From NCBI GenBank assembly GCA_964387845.1, contig CAYLXA010000003.1:64001-128000 (forward strand): a stretch of DNA of 64,000 bases, written 5' to 3'. Below are positions 29,171 to 39,584 of this stretch, in pieces. The notes under the pieces were generated by a model that saw only the letters and a list, made by a program, of their open reading frames with translations, was not told where the DNA came from and made no database searches. This DNA comes from an uncultured bacterium (GTDB lineage: Bacteria > Omnitrophota > Omnitrophia > Omnitrophales > Abzuiibacteriaceae). Both the position numbers and the translations under genes were made by a program. Each line of letters begins with the position of its first letter. Within the stretch, counting starts at the first letter, position 1.

Positions 29171-29938
29171 GTGCTATATAAGTCAGCCATGATTATGCTT
29201 CGAGCCGTTTTCCTGACGTTTTTTTCATTTTTTACCTGGTTTTTGGTGGCGACTTGGACAATTTTGGTTTCCATTCCTATTGTTTTGATTTCACTTTTGC
29301 TTGCACCGATTGACCCGGACCGCCGAATTGCACACAGACTTGGCACAATCTGGGGCCAAGGTATTTTCTTGATGAATCCGCTTTGGAAATTAAAAATTTC
29401 TGGAAAAGGGTTTGTCCGGAAAAACAAAGCTTACGTTTTGGTCGCAAATCACCTGAGTCTTGCCGACATCATTTGCATTTATTGCCTGGACCGGCAGTTT
29501 AAATGGATCGCAAAAGAAAGTTTGTTCAAAATTCCGTTTTTCGGATGGGCGATGAGCGCCATGCGATATGTGCGTTTGCGTCGCGGCGAATTGGGAAGTA
29601 TTCGCGAAAGCTTTGACGAGTCATTCCGGTGGCTCAAGCGGGACATGTCTCTTTTGATTTTTCCGGAAGGAACCCGCAGCAAGAGCGGCCAGCTGGGCAC
29701 GTTTAAAAACGGGGCCTTTAAACTGGCGATCCGGGCCAAAAAACCTGTCGTCCCGATTGTATTGGCAGGGACCAATCGCGCAATCCAGAAAGGAAAGAAA
29801 GTAATGTCGACTGAGGTCAAATGCCGATTGAAAGTTTTAAAACCGATTCCGACGGATCAATATAAAGAGGAAGATTTTGCGAAACTTCGGGATTTGGTCC
29901 GGTCTAAAATGTCGGAAGCAATCGGACAACTAACATAA
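29171..29938 (+). CDS. plsC: 1-acyl-sn-glycerol-3-phosphate acyltransferase
   Basis: NHLSLAD (HxxxxD) and FPEGTRS acyltransferase motifs; N-terminal TM segments. Confidence 0.8.
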   Translation: MLYKSAMIMLRAVFLTFFSFFTWFLVATWTILVSIPIVLISLLLAPIDPDRRIAHRLGTIWGQGIFLMNPLWKLKISGKGFVRKNKAYVLVANHLSLADIICIYCLDRQFKWIAKESLFKIPFFGWAMSAMRYVRLRRGELGSIRESFDESFRWLKRDMSLLIFPEGTRSKSGQLGTFKNGAFKLAIRAKKPVVPIVLAGTNRAIQKGKKVMSTEVKCRLKVLKPIPTDQYKEEDFAKLRDLVRSKMSEAIGQLT

Positions 29939-29939
29939 A

Positions 29940-30000
29940 TTAAAATCTCAAATATCAAACTGGAAATATGATTTTGAATTTTGATATTTGAATTTATATT
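29940..30000. repeat. AT-rich palindromic repeat family 3 (CAAATATCAAAA)
   Basis: ctcaaatatcaaa...tttgatatttga between convergent genes. Confidence 0.55.
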
Positions 30001-31274
30001 AATTTTTTAATGACGGCTTCTTTTTGCCGTGCATCATCCGCCAACTCCGGTGGAAATTGCACTTTCTCAAGCGCCAAAAGCGCTTCCTGCCATTTTTTAT
30101 CCCGGATTGCCGCGATGGCTTTACTATATTCTTCCTGAATAACGCGCAAACTGGCCGGCAAATTTTGGCTCAAAACCTTTTTCTTGATCCGCAGGTCGGC
30201 CGCAACCGATGTCAGCTTCACCGAAACCGGCTCAAGTAATTCGTCTTGAATATCAATGCCGCGCCTAATATCGGAATCGATTTGTGCAACTTCAGGCGGA
30301 TAGTCGATTTGCACTTGCTTGGCTACATTGTTCGTGAGTTCAATATCTCTTTCGAGGGATTCCGCAAGCTGAAACGCCTCTTCTATTTTGTTGTCTTTCA
30401 CCAAATCAAACAATGTTCCATATTTTGTTTCCACCGGTTGCATGGAATTTCGGACACGCGCCATCAATAAATGCATATTGAGCTGGTGAATTTTGCCGAG
30501 CACATCATTGATATACGGCTGAAGCATCACCAGCGCTACGGCTTTGTGATGCAAAGGATTATTCGAATAAACCGGAAAAACGAGCGACTGAATAAACTCA
30601 TACCGAGCGGTTTCGTAATCATTTTTGGCAAGCGCTTCACCGGCCTTTAAATAATGCTCCTTGAAAAGCTGGATTAATTTGCGCTCATAGCCCCAACTAA
30701 AATAGATGCCTCTTGCTTTTTGCTGTTTCACCAAAAAAGCTTCAAAATCATCCTGTGTCCACATTTTTGACAGTTGGGGCTTTTCGGTTTGAAAAGGAAA
30801 ATCAACCCGTTGATTAAAAATTTGAAGCTCATCTTGCCCGAATGGCCGCGGAATCTCTAATTTGACTTCGCGCGCAAGAATTTGGGCTTCCGCATCGCTC
30901 AAAACAGGTTCTGCAGGCATCTCGGAAACAGGCGTCTTTTGCACATCCGGCTTCGGTTTGTCTTCTTCGGACAAACGGGTTTTCACATTGTCTACAATGC
31001 CGGAGGTTTGCTGTACGATGCTTTTTAAAACCCAAACAGCCGCAATAATAATTACGAGTGCTGTAATGATTTTGAAAATTTTTGGAGAAATATTCGGAGA
31101 TTTCAGCTTAGGCAGAGGCGGTTTTATGTCTTTTGTAAGATCAACTTTCTTGGGCGAATCCGGCTCACCCACCAAATGAACCGAAGTTGTCCAAAAACAG
31201 GACGGGCAGCGCTGGACAATCGTTTCGGGCGCATCAAATTTTTTACCGCAGTGTTCGCAATAATATTGAGCCAT
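29994..31274 (-). CDS. zinc-ribbon membrane-anchored protein, unknown function
   Basis: N-terminal CxxC...CxxC ribbon, one TM helix, C-terminal helical domain. Confidence 0.5.
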   Translation of the reverse strand: MAQYYCEHCGKKFDAPETIVQRCPSCFWTTSVHLVGEPDSPKKVDLTKDIKPPLPKLKSPNISPKIFKIITALVIIIAAVWVLKSIVQQTSGIVDNVKTRLSEEDKPKPDVQKTPVSEMPAEPVLSDAEAQILAREVKLEIPRPFGQDELQIFNQRVDFPFQTEKPQLSKMWTQDDFEAFLVKQQKARGIYFSWGYERKLIQLFKEHYLKAGEALAKNDYETARYEFIQSLVFPVYSNNPLHHKAVALVMLQPYINDVLGKIHQLNMHLLMARVRNSMQPVETKYGTLFDLVKDNKIEEAFQLAESLERDIELTNNVAKQVQIDYPPEVAQIDSDIRRGIDIQDELLEPVSVKLTSVAADLRIKKKVLSQNLPASLRVIQEEYSKAIAAIRDKKWQEALLALEKVQFPPELADDARQKEAVIKKLI

Positions 31275-31355
31275 AAAATCAAATTCAAAATCTAAATTTC
31301 AAATATCAAAACTGAAAATACGGTTGTTTTGAATTTTGATATTTGAGATTTGAAA
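31275..31355. repeat. AT-rich palindromic repeat family 3 copy
   Basis: tttcaaatatcaaaactg...gaattttgatatttgagatttgaaa. Confidence 0.55.
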
Positions 31356-31754
31356 TTAAACCGCAGGTTTTAAAAGCCGTTCGACTTCTTCGAGTAAAAC
31401 AGAAGTGTTAACCGGTTTTGGGATCAAAGAATACGGTGCGCTTTCCATTTGACGCGCAAAGGTTGGCGGAATTCCTTCTCCGAGTGCGGTAAAGAAAATA
31501 ACGGGGATTTTCGCCGTCGGTTTCTTAGATCTCAGGTCTTCATAGACGCTGACACCATCGAGATCCGGTAGAATAATATCGAGCATCACGAGATTAGGTT
31601 TGAATTGTTCGACCAATTTAAGCGCCGTACTTCCGGAATCTGCATCCTGAACTTCATAGCCGGAATCGCGGAGAAAATCCGCAAGCATGTCTCGGATGTC
31701 TTTTTCATCGTCGACAACGAGAATTTTAATTTGATTTTTTTTGGAAGACAGCAT
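31356..31754 (-). CDS. stand-alone response-regulator receiver (CheY-like)
   Basis: ILVVDDE...MLDIILPDLDG...K receiver motifs, 132 aa. Confidence 0.75.
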   Translation of the reverse strand: MLSSKKNQIKILVVDDEKDIRDMLADFLRDSGYEVQDADSGSTALKLVEQFKPNLVMLDIILPDLDGVSVYEDLRSKKPTAKIPVIFFTALGEGIPPTFARQMESAPYSLIPKPVNTSVLLEEVERLLKPAV

Positions 31755-32147
31755 TTATTTGGGCAGATGTTTTGAAATCGTTTTCCACAAACTCGATAAA
31801 TCGGATGATTTCACAACGTAATCCTGGATACCTTCTACATTAAACAAATCGCGCATTGGTTCATAAGAAGTTAAAACAATGACGGGAATTGTTTTGGTTT
31901 TGTCGTCATGCTTAAGCTCTCGGACAAACAAATAGCCGTCCATGCGCGGCATTTTGATATCAACCATGATTAAATCCGGCAGGATCGCCTTTGCTTTTTC
32001 AAGTCCGGCTTCGCCGTCGTTGGCGGTAATGAATTCGCAGTTTTCCTTTTCAAACCGATAACGCAACAACTCTAAAAAATCTTTGTCATCATCAATGGCC
32101 AAAACGCGGGAACGTTTTTTCTGCCCTTGCGGCGCGCCTGCTTCCAT
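31755..32147 (-). CDS. stand-alone response-regulator receiver (CheY-like)
   Basis: VLAIDDD...MVDIKMPRMDG; directly abuts the previous REC gene. Confidence 0.75.
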   Translation of the reverse strand: MEAGAPQGQKKRSRVLAIDDDKDFLELLRYRFEKENCEFITANDGEAGLEKAKAILPDLIMVDIKMPRMDGYLFVRELKHDDKTKTIPVIVLTSYEPMRDLFNVEGIQDYVVKSSDLSSLWKTISKHLPK

Positions 32148-32288
32148 GTAGATTCCTCCGGAAATATGGTTTAGTAACTACTTATGTATCGACTACGCGC
32201 GGAAAATCATTTACTCCAGATTTGAATTTGATACTTAACGGGGAGTATAGTATAGTACTTGACCAATTTCAATAAGGAGATCGGCCGC

Positions 32289-33236
32289 GTGGTTACACAG
32301 CAAAAAACGGGTTCGGTTTTTGACTTACTGGTTAAGAAAATCATGGGTCAATTGATTCAATCGAACTTTCTTAAAAAGCAATCGGTGATCTTGGTTAACG
32401 GGCTTGCCGAACAATACGAAAGCTGGTTTTTCAATGTTGGGCCTCTCGGAAAAGATTTTGTCGTTCATTGGCCGAATTTGTATTGGTACCAGAATGAGGC
32501 TTTTCATCAAGAGATCCGGCAAGTATCTGTCCCGTGGGTCGCTAAAAAACTCGAAAATTATTTAAACAATTACGTACAAACACCTCCTTACAATCTCGTC
32601 GGAAGTTCGAGCGGCTGTCAAACCATCGTTACTTACACGTCTCAAAACCCCCAGTTGGTTTCCAAGCTGATTTTAATATGCCCTTCGGGTTTAGGCGGTG
32701 AGGAAAATCTTCCGATGGTAGACGGTGTCGGCCGGCGCGATCTAGCAGCGCTGATTGGAGCCATTTTTTACGACAAAAAGTTTTATGTTCTGGATGAGAT
32801 CGTTCAGATTTTGAAGGAACGGTTTGACAATCGGAAATGGCGGCAGGGGTTCGTCCGGATGGCGCAAGTCACCAAGCGGAATTCTATTTTAGACAACCTT
32901 GTTCGATTAAAATGCCCGGTTTTATTTATTTGCGGTGAGGAAGACGAAATTGTGCCGACGTGGCAGGCTTACCGGGCCGTAAAAGCAATGCGCGATAACG
33001 GCTGCAATGTGCAAATGATCACATTCCCTAAATGCGGCCACGCACCGCAGATTGAGCGCGCGCAACTGACGAATAAATATATTGCCGATTTCTTGAGGGA
33101 TAAACTTCCAAAGCCGGGTGGGTTCTGGCGTCATCAAGCTGGCGGCCTTCGTCCGTTTGATTTGGATAAAATTGCTCGACAGCATTCCGAAAAACCCACA
33201 AAAACTGGTAAGTCCGCGCTGCCTGTTTTGGTTTAA
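32289..33236 (+). CDS. alpha/beta-fold hydrolase
   Basis: GSSSG nucleophile elbow and late CGHAPQIE His; probable GTG start after SD aaggaga (the track began at an upstream TTG). Confidence 0.7.
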   Translation: MVTQQKTGSVFDLLVKKIMGQLIQSNFLKKQSVILVNGLAEQYESWFFNVGPLGKDFVVHWPNLYWYQNEAFHQEIRQVSVPWVAKKLENYLNNYVQTPPYNLVGSSSGCQTIVTYTSQNPQLVSKLILICPSGLGGEENLPMVDGVGRRDLAALIGAIFYDKKFYVLDEIVQILKERFDNRKWRQGFVRMAQVTKRNSILDNLVRLKCPVLFICGEEDEIVPTWQAYRAVKAMRDNGCNVQMITFPKCGHAPQIERAQLTNKYIADFLRDKLPKPGGFWRHQAGGLRPFDLDKIARQHSEKPTKTGKSALPVLV

Positions 33237-33246
33237 CTTTCCCGCA

Positions 33247-34836
33247 CTACTTCTCAAGAACAGAAAAGCTGCTCAACATATCGGAAATCACTTCGCGGCT
33301 CGCGGAAATCCGCGGAACTTTATACTGTCCGCCGAGTTTTCCTTTTTTGCGCATCCATTCCTTAAAAAATCCGCTCTGTACCGCAATAATTTCCGGCTCA
33401 TCCATTCCAAAACCGCCCGAACGGTGCTGGGCGTAATCCTCGTTTAATCTTTGAAGCTCGGCGTCAAATTTCCCCGAAAATTCTTTTAAATTCTGCGGTT
33501 GTTTCGTGAATTCAATCAAATATTGATGTTTCCCTTTCGGATGGACGGAATCCGGGAAAATAGGCGCCGCGTGATAATCCGTATAGCCCGTACCAAACGC
33601 GAGGCACGTCTCGTGAAGCGCTTTTTCGATTTCTTCCTGGATTAAATGCTCGCCGAACGCGGACAAACAGTATTTCGTCCGGCCCGTGATTTTCAGAAGG
33701 AGCGGTTCCTTCGAAACAAACCGTACCGTGTCGCCCAAAATATAACTCCAGAGGCCGCCGTTCGTGGTTAAGACAATCGCATAATTTTTCCCGACTTCGA
33801 CATCGCGAACGGTGAGACGTGTCGGTGCTTTTGAGGAAATTTCTTCGACCGGCACAAATTCGTAAAACGTGCCGTAATCGGTCATGAGCCGGAGTTCGTT
33901 TTCGCGCGGGTCTTCAATTGCGATAAATGCCTCGGACGCCGGATAGACTTCAAGATAATCCGCATCCGGTCCCAACCATTCTTCGAATTGTTTTTGATAC
34001 GGCTCAAACGGAATGCCGCCGTGAACAAAGAGTTCGAAGTTGGGCCACAAGCTTTTAATATTGCCTTTGATTTTTTTCTTTTCGTTTAATTTTTCCAAAA
34101 ACAAAATCATCCAGGTCGGCACACCGCTCAAGATCGAAAGATTCTGGCTGAGCGCCGCTTCGGCGATGCGGTCGATTTTTTCTTCCCACTGCGGAATAGA
34201 CGCAAGTGCCATGCCCGGGAAATAAGAAGTACAGAAAAGAAACGGAAGGTGATGAATGATGACACCGCTTAAGTCACCGCTTTTGACGCTGCCTTTCCAG
34301 TCTTCCCTTAGAATTGGATTTCCGCCTAGAAGCAGTGTCCGGCCGGCCAGTATTTTGCTGTCGGCTTTTTGAATATAATGAAAAAGCGCGGCATCGACAG
34401 ATGCTTTCCGGTTGGATCTCAACAGTTCGCGCGTCATCGGGATAAATTTCGTGGTACCGCTCGTAGTCCCCGATGAAAGCGAAAAATAACGGATGAGGCC
34501 CGGCCAAATAATGTTGTCGAGATGAGGGCTGTTTAACTTCGGGTCATAATCCGACTTAACTTTCTTTGCGGCTTCAATACTTGAAGGCAAAAAATAATCG
34601 TTAAAAAAATCTTCGTAAGTCCTGAGTTTGACCCGTTTTTGATAGTCGGCGGCTCCGCGAATTTCGGAAAAACCGTGATCAACGCCGAATTTGGTTTTCC
34701 TGGCAGATTGAAGAAGAGAACTTAGCGTTTTTTCCTGCTCCCGCATGCTCTCATCGATATTCTTTAATCGATCGATCGCGGGCTTCCGGAATTTTTCAAG
34801 CGATGATTTGGCAATAGAATTAAAAAGACTCATGGC
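33247..34836 (-). CDS. GH3 auxin-responsive-promoter family (acyl-adenylate/amido synthetase-like) protein
   Basis: SSGTTSGTTKFIPMT adenylation motif. Start moved to the internal Met (MSLFNS...) to avoid a 125-nt overlap with the upstream gene. Confidence 0.65.
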   Translation of the reverse strand, partial: AMSLFNSIAKSSLEKFRKPAIDRLKNIDESMREQEKTLSSLLQSARKTKFGVDHGFSEIRGAADYQKRVKLRTYEDFFNDYFLPSSIEAAKKVKSDYDPKLNSPHLDNIIWPGLIRYFSLSSGTTSGTTKFIPMTRELLRSNRKASVDAALFHYIQKADSKILAGRTLLLGGNPILREDWKGSVKSGDLSGVIIHHLPFLFCTSYFPGMALASIPQWEEKIDRIAEAALSQNLSILSGVPTWMILFLEKLNEKKKIKGNIKSLWPNFELFVHGGIPFEPYQKQFEEWLGPDADYLEVYPASEAFIAIEDPRENELRLMTDYGTFYEFVPVEEISSKAPTRLTVRDVEVGKNYAIVLTTNGGLWSYILGDTVRFVSKEPLLLKITGRTKYCLSAFGEHLIQEEIEKALHETCLAFGTGYTDYHAAPIFPDSVHPKGKHQYLIEFTKQPQNLKEFSGKFDAELQRLNEDYAQHRSGGFGMDEPEIIAVQSGFFKEWMRKKGKLGGQYKVPRISASREVISDMLSSFSVLEK

Positions 34837-34840
34837 TCGA

Positions 34841-35818
34841 TTAAGCCGGAAATTTGATCCAGCCCTTCTCTTTTGCTTGCTTAAGCATAGCGTCTGTTTC
34901 TTTAAAAATGGTCTTACTGTCTTCGGCTGTGAGTTGATGCACCCATTGATTGCGCCATCTGGCATCCGCCGTTGCTTTCATTAAACCGGCAGTAGATTGA
35001 AATGCATCTTCCAAAATTGATTTTGAGATGACATCAAAAAAGTGAGTGCGCACATCAAGAACTTCCAGCTTCGATTTCACAAAACTCAAACCGTTTGTAA
35101 GCAAATTTCCCTTTTCGTCTTTCTTTTCTTCCTCTACCGGCGCTTTGATCGGAATAATTCCCGTGTTCGGCAAAGTAAACATACCGCCGACATAAAGCGT
35201 TTTTCCGTCATCAAGGCTTTGAATATATTCAAAACCTTCCATTTCCTGCATGATATCGCGAGCGCCGGCTTTTCCGCCATCGAGCATCAGACTGGAACGG
35301 GTTAACAGATATTTGCCGTCCTTGATTGTTATCTCGCTGCGGATTTTATAATCGGCATCTTTTAATCCGGCAAGAAGCGGCGGCATTTGGCGCTTTCGGT
35401 TAATGATGAGGGTCGATTTTTCGGGTGTTAGGCGTTTTCGCTCGATTATCTTCGTTTCAAGAAGGCCGGGCGTAAATTTTGAAGTGTCCTGGTAAGCCGA
35501 GAGCGCTTGTTGAACCCGGAAAAAAGGCGCATCTACCCGTACAAACGTGAAAAATCCGATATAGCTGGTGATTTTCGAAATGTCTGTATCTTTTACCCAC
35601 TGTTTCGGATCCAGCCACACAACTCTGACTTCGCGGTCCGGCGTTTTGGATATTGGAAACGAGAAAATTTTATCCGGATTTTCGCCGGATACCAATTCAT
35701 GCGTGATTTGATCAACTGTTTTGACGAGCGGCGATGCAGGTTCGGTGAAAGAATTCAAAGAAATAAAAAAATTGAATATAACAAAAAAGGATGTGATTCG
35801 GATAAAACGGGACGTCAT
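34841..35818 (-). CDS. secreted hypothetical protein
   Basis: Signal peptide; no recognised domain. Confidence 0.45.
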   Translation of the reverse strand: MTSRFIRITSFFVIFNFFISLNSFTEPASPLVKTVDQITHELVSGENPDKIFSFPISKTPDREVRVVWLDPKQWVKDTDISKITSYIGFFTFVRVDAPFFRVQQALSAYQDTSKFTPGLLETKIIERKRLTPEKSTLIINRKRQMPPLLAGLKDADYKIRSEITIKDGKYLLTRSSLMLDGGKAGARDIMQEMEGFEYIQSLDDGKTLYVGGMFTLPNTGIIPIKAPVEEEKKDEKGNLLTNGLSFVKSKLEVLDVRTHFFDVISKSILEDAFQSTAGLMKATADARWRNQWVHQLTAEDSKTIFKETDAMLKQAKEKGWIKFPA

Positions 35819-36939
35819 GACAATGTGCCGGATTCGCTCTCGATCGATTCTCTTTGCGCGGTTTCGCCTTTTTTGTAGCGTTCGATTTTATCGATTTTCG
35901 AGCTTATTTTCTGATAACTTGTTTTCGCAATTTTCTCGTAAGCTGTTTTTAAATGATCGATTGATTCGCCGAATTCTTCGAACCGCTCTTTAAAACGGAC
36001 CAGGTCTTCATCTAATTTTTCGATCAGCGCCACGATTTCCTGAATTTTTTCTTCAAAATGAAAATAACGGAACGACTGATAAATCACTTTCAAAATCGCA
36101 ATGAGGGAAAACGGCGCTGCTAAAACGACTTTTTTGGATTCCGCAATTTCAAAAAGTCGGCGGCAGTGCGTGAAGATAAGCGCATAAACGCTTTCGCTCG
36201 GCACAAACAAAATGGCGTAATCAAGCGTGTTTTCATCCGGATTGATATAATCCCGGCCCGCGACTTCATCAATGCGCCGCTTCACATCCTGCTCAAAATC
36301 AGTTAGAAATCTCTTTTGTTCTGCCTGATCCTGAGAATCCTGCGCTTTCATTAAATTTGCAATAGGAAATTTGACATCGAGACTGACTTTGTGCTGATCG
36401 GGAAGAAAGATCGTAAAGTCCGGGCGGTTGGCGCTCGTTTCCATTTGCTTGTTCTTTTGATAATGAAGCCCTTCGATCAGCCCGGAAGCTTTCAAAATAT
36501 CATCCGCGATCCGCTCGCCCCACTGTCCGCGCAGATTGTTGGTGTGAAGCACCTGATTTAATTTAGTTGCCGAATTGGTAAGGTTTGATACGGCTTGTTT
36601 TTGTTCGTTCAGAAGCGTTGAAAGTTCGCTGAACTTTCCGACCCGGTCTTTCTCGGTGGCTTTGATTTCCTGTTGATAAGTTTTGACGAGTGATTCAACG
36701 TTTGAGATCAGGGACTTAAAGGATTGTTCCTTGTCATTTAATGTTTCGTGAATTCGCGTGGTTTTCTCTTCAAGCGATTTCCCCGCGAGCGTCAGGATTG
36801 ACTCGAGGTTGTCTTTGACCATCTTCGCACTTGCCTGCTCCAGTTTTTGAGCCATCATGCGCTCAAAGGACTTTTGCAGCCAAAAACCGAAAATAACCAG
36901 GAATAAAAGCCCGATTAACAGATAAATAAGGGTTGCCAT
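35815..36939 (-). CDS. rmuC: DNA recombination protein RmuC
   Basis: N-terminal TM, long coiled coil, C-terminal RmuC nuclease-like region (RPDFTIFLPDQHKVSLDVKFP). Confidence 0.7.
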   Translation of the reverse strand: MATLIYLLIGLLFLVIFGFWLQKSFERMMAQKLEQASAKMVKDNLESILTLAGKSLEEKTTRIHETLNDKEQSFKSLISNVESLVKTYQQEIKATEKDRVGKFSELSTLLNEQKQAVSNLTNSATKLNQVLHTNNLRGQWGERIADDILKASGLIEGLHYQKNKQMETSANRPDFTIFLPDQHKVSLDVKFPIANLMKAQDSQDQAEQKRFLTDFEQDVKRRIDEVAGRDYINPDENTLDYAILFVPSESVYALIFTHCRRLFEIAESKKVVLAAPFSLIAILKVIYQSFRYFHFEEKIQEIVALIEKLDEDLVRFKERFEEFGESIDHLKTAYEKIAKTSYQKISSKIDKIERYKKGETAQRESIESESGTLS

Positions 36940-36999
36940 AGCACAAAAGTTTCTAACTTTTGAGTTCGAATGTCAAGAGCACTATGATAAAATTCCGCC

Positions 37000-37833
37000 A
37001 TGAGAAGTTCCTCTTTCGACTCGGTTATTTTTGATATCGATAACGTTTTAATCGATACACGCGCCTCTTACACCGACTGCATCCGCGAAACCGTCCGGCG
37101 CTATCTGGGCAAACACCTTAAGTTAAAGAATCAAAAGGACTTACTGCTTTCACGCGCGGATGTGGAGCAATTTAAACTCTTGGGCGGATTTAACGACGAT
37201 TGGGACACCTGTTACGGATTATTACTTTTTCTTTCTAGTTCAAAAGTAAAAACTAAAAATTTGAAAGCTTTTTCAAAAAAAGTCGGGAAACCTTTATTTG
37301 TGAAAGGGATTGAACGAATTTGCGGGAAAAATTCAAAAATAAACATGAAAAAAGTTGCCGCGATTTTTCAAAAACTTTATTGGACAAAATATATCAAGCG
37401 CGAAAAATTAATTGTTCCAAAAAATGTAATCCGGGATTTGGCGGAGTCAGGCATCAAAATCGGGATCGCAACAGGCCGAAACCGGAAAGAAGCTTACTAT
37501 GCGCTTAGAAAAGCCGGGATTTCGAAATATATGTCCAAAGTGATGACTTTGAACGATTTGCCGTCCGCGAAATTCAAAAAGCCGCATCCCTATTTGCTTG
37601 AGAAAATTTCTGAAAAATTCGGAAAGGATCTTCGGTATCTTTACGTCGGTGATTTGCCGGATGATATTCAAATGGCGCGGAATTTAGATTCCCGAATTAA
37701 AATATCCACGATCGGATTTTCTTACTCGGCTGTTTCGGAAAAGGATGCGAGGCGCGCTCTTTTAAAATCCGGCGCCGTTTGCGTGATACGCTCCGCCAAA
37801 TCACTTTCCACCTTCCTCCGTCATAATTTGTGA
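37000..37833 (+). CDS. HAD-superfamily hydrolase
   Basis: FDIDNVLIDT (DxD) and VGDLPDDI motifs. Confidence 0.7.
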   Translation: MRSSSFDSVIFDIDNVLIDTRASYTDCIRETVRRYLGKHLKLKNQKDLLLSRADVEQFKLLGGFNDDWDTCYGLLLFLSSSKVKTKNLKAFSKKVGKPLFVKGIERICGKNSKINMKKVAAIFQKLYWTKYIKREKLIVPKNVIRDLAESGIKIGIATGRNRKEAYYALRKAGISKYMSKVMTLNDLPSAKFKKPHPYLLEKISEKFGKDLRYLYVGDLPDDIQMARNLDSRIKISTIGFSYSAVSEKDARRALLKSGAVCVIRSAKSLSTFLRHNL

Positions 37834-37844
37834 CGGAAGATACC

Positions 37845-37900
37845 GTCATTCTGCCTCCGGCCTTTCAGGCCGATAGGCCCGGAGAGAGCGAAGCGAAGAA
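37845..37900. repeat. repeat family 2 copy (CTCCGGCC-TTTCA-GGCCGATAGGCCCGGAG)
   Basis: Near-identical to the core at 39598-39632; both are followed by gcgaagcgaa. Confidence 0.5.
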
Positions 37901-38084
37901 TCTCAGCTCAATTTATTTCTCTCCGCTTCCCTGCGCGCGTTGATTTTTAGCCGAGTGGGCTAAACAAAAATCATCGTGCTCGGCCCACGTCAAAAATTTG
38001 AGCCATTCAAATTTTTGCCGTGATGGCGCTCCGAGAAACAAATTGATCTTCGATTCTTCGTCAGTCTGACACCTTGTTATAGTG

Positions 38085-38627
38085 TTAATCGGTGTTTTTC
38101 AACTGAACAAATTCTTTCAAAAAGTCGGCAAGTTCGGCGTAAAAATCGGAAAAAAGCCCCGAGTATAACATGATGATTCTAACGTCCATGCCATCGTGAT
38201 TACCGAAAGCGCCAATCGATGCCTTTTTGCTTATGCAATATAAAGGGTTATTTAATGTAGATTTATCATTAACTTCTTTTGACCTCTTGAGTGAGTCATT
38301 CCATACCTCCATGTATTCAATCATTCTTATGTGATGCACGGCTATCGCGGCTGGAAATTGTTCCTTGGCAAATCTCTGATTTCTTAACCTACTATTTAAA
38401 TTGGAGCGAAATGTCTTAATAACAGATTCAAACTGACTTGGGAAAATCTCTTTAATAGCTAAATAAATTCCATACACATACAGGTGCGATAACTCTTCAA
38501 AGAATCTTCTCTTATCTATTTCAAAATCAATTTTAATAGATTTCTGCTCTTTAATTCGGCTTAGTAATGCTTCTATTAGGAAGTCAACTAATTCTGGTTT
38601 TGAATATTTATCACTGTCATTGGACAT
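38085..38627 (-). CDS. hypothetical protein in an AT-rich islet
   Basis: 180 aa, no recognised motifs; local composition is more AT-rich than flanking genes. Confidence 0.4.
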   Translation of the reverse strand: MSNDSDKYSKPELVDFLIEALLSRIKEQKSIKIDFEIDKRRFFEELSHLYVYGIYLAIKEIFPSQFESVIKTFRSNLNSRLRNQRFAKEQFPAAIAVHHIRMIEYMEVWNDSLKRSKEVNDKSTLNNPLYCISKKASIGAFGNHDGMDVRIIMLYSGLFSDFYAELADFLKEFVQLKNTD

Positions 38628-38751
38628 GATGATTAGCCATGATTTTACGCTTTGTTTACCGGATACCCTCCGGTTGGGAGAGATTAGCTCCTTAAAAATG
38701 ATGCATTTTATGCCTCAAATAAGGAAGTGTCTAGGGGAACGAAATTTGAAT

Positions 38752-39030
38752 TTAGAAGTTCTTAAGAAAGCGCTTCACGTCGTCGTGATTGCCGGCGAGG
38801 ACAAACTCGACCAAGTCGCCTGTCCATCTAAACAAAATGCGGGCTTTAATTCCCTTCCGGACTTCCCACAAATCTCCCGCGAGGCGCTTGAGGCCCAGGC
38901 CTTGGTAGATTTGTCTATCTTTAGAAAGTACATCGATCAATTGAGAAGCCGCATGCTTCACTTCGGATTTTTCAGATAGCGGCAACGACTTAATGGAACG
39001 TTCAAAGGATGGCTTGAATTCAAACCGCAT
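38752..39030 (-). CDS. type II toxin, RelE/ParE family
   Basis: IKSLP...LKRLAGDLWEVRKGIKARILFRW...VLAGNHDD matches the RelE/ParE fold pattern. Confidence 0.65.
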   Translation of the reverse strand: MRFEFKPSFERSIKSLPLSEKSEVKHAASQLIDVLSKDRQIYQGLGLKRLAGDLWEVRKGIKARILFRWTGDLVEFVLAGNHDDVKRFLKNF

Positions 39031-39138
39031 GAAAATACTTTCTAGTGGTAACCCCGCGTCGCCAAAAAGCGGCTCATGGGGCGACTATCTCCCTAGATAA
39101 ATAGCAACTTGAGTCTTCATAGGTAGGAGATAGTCGTC

Positions 39139-39408
39139 TCATAATCCGGCAAGGTGCTTTTTAGCAGCGACCTCGTCGGTGAAAGTTTTTCCTTTTTCAG
39201 ACGCCAGCTTCTCAATTTTTTTCCATTGTTTCGGGCTGTAAGGCAAACGGGCGGTCATTTCGCACGGCAAAAGAAGGATGCCTTCTTTGGTAACGCCGAA
39301 AGCGACAGCGGAGCCCGCTTCCAGATGAAGGAGCTTTCTCACACGATTTGGAATGGTCACTTGTCCTTTAGATGTCATTTTGGTTGTTTCAATAATGGTC
39401 ATGGCCAA
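39139..39408 (-). CDS. AbrB/MazE/SpoVT-family antitoxin
   Basis: SKGQVTIPNRVRKLLHLEAGSAV swapped-hairpin motif; sits upstream of the RelE-like gene. Confidence 0.6.
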   Translation of the reverse strand: MAMTIIETTKMTSKGQVTIPNRVRKLLHLEAGSAVAFGVTKEGILLLPCEMTARLPYSPKQWKKIEKLASEKGKTFTDEVAAKKHLAGL

Positions 39409-39584
39409 TCTCCTTTTGTATGCATTCCTTACTTCCTTACAAAAGGATAGCAGACGTACTACCAGAAATCAAGATTCAAGATAGGTTTTATCTGTTCATG
39501 AGCCGGTTACTAACGTGGAAGGCTTGGGTGGAGATTTGTATGACGATTATGATATTGGATTATTATTTTATGTCAATATAAATT

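Noticed and set aside
34837-34965. N-terminal 43-aa extension of the GH3-family ORF
   Set aside because: It would overlap the upstream secreted-protein gene by 125 nt. An internal Met gives a non-overlapping gene and a sensible N-terminus
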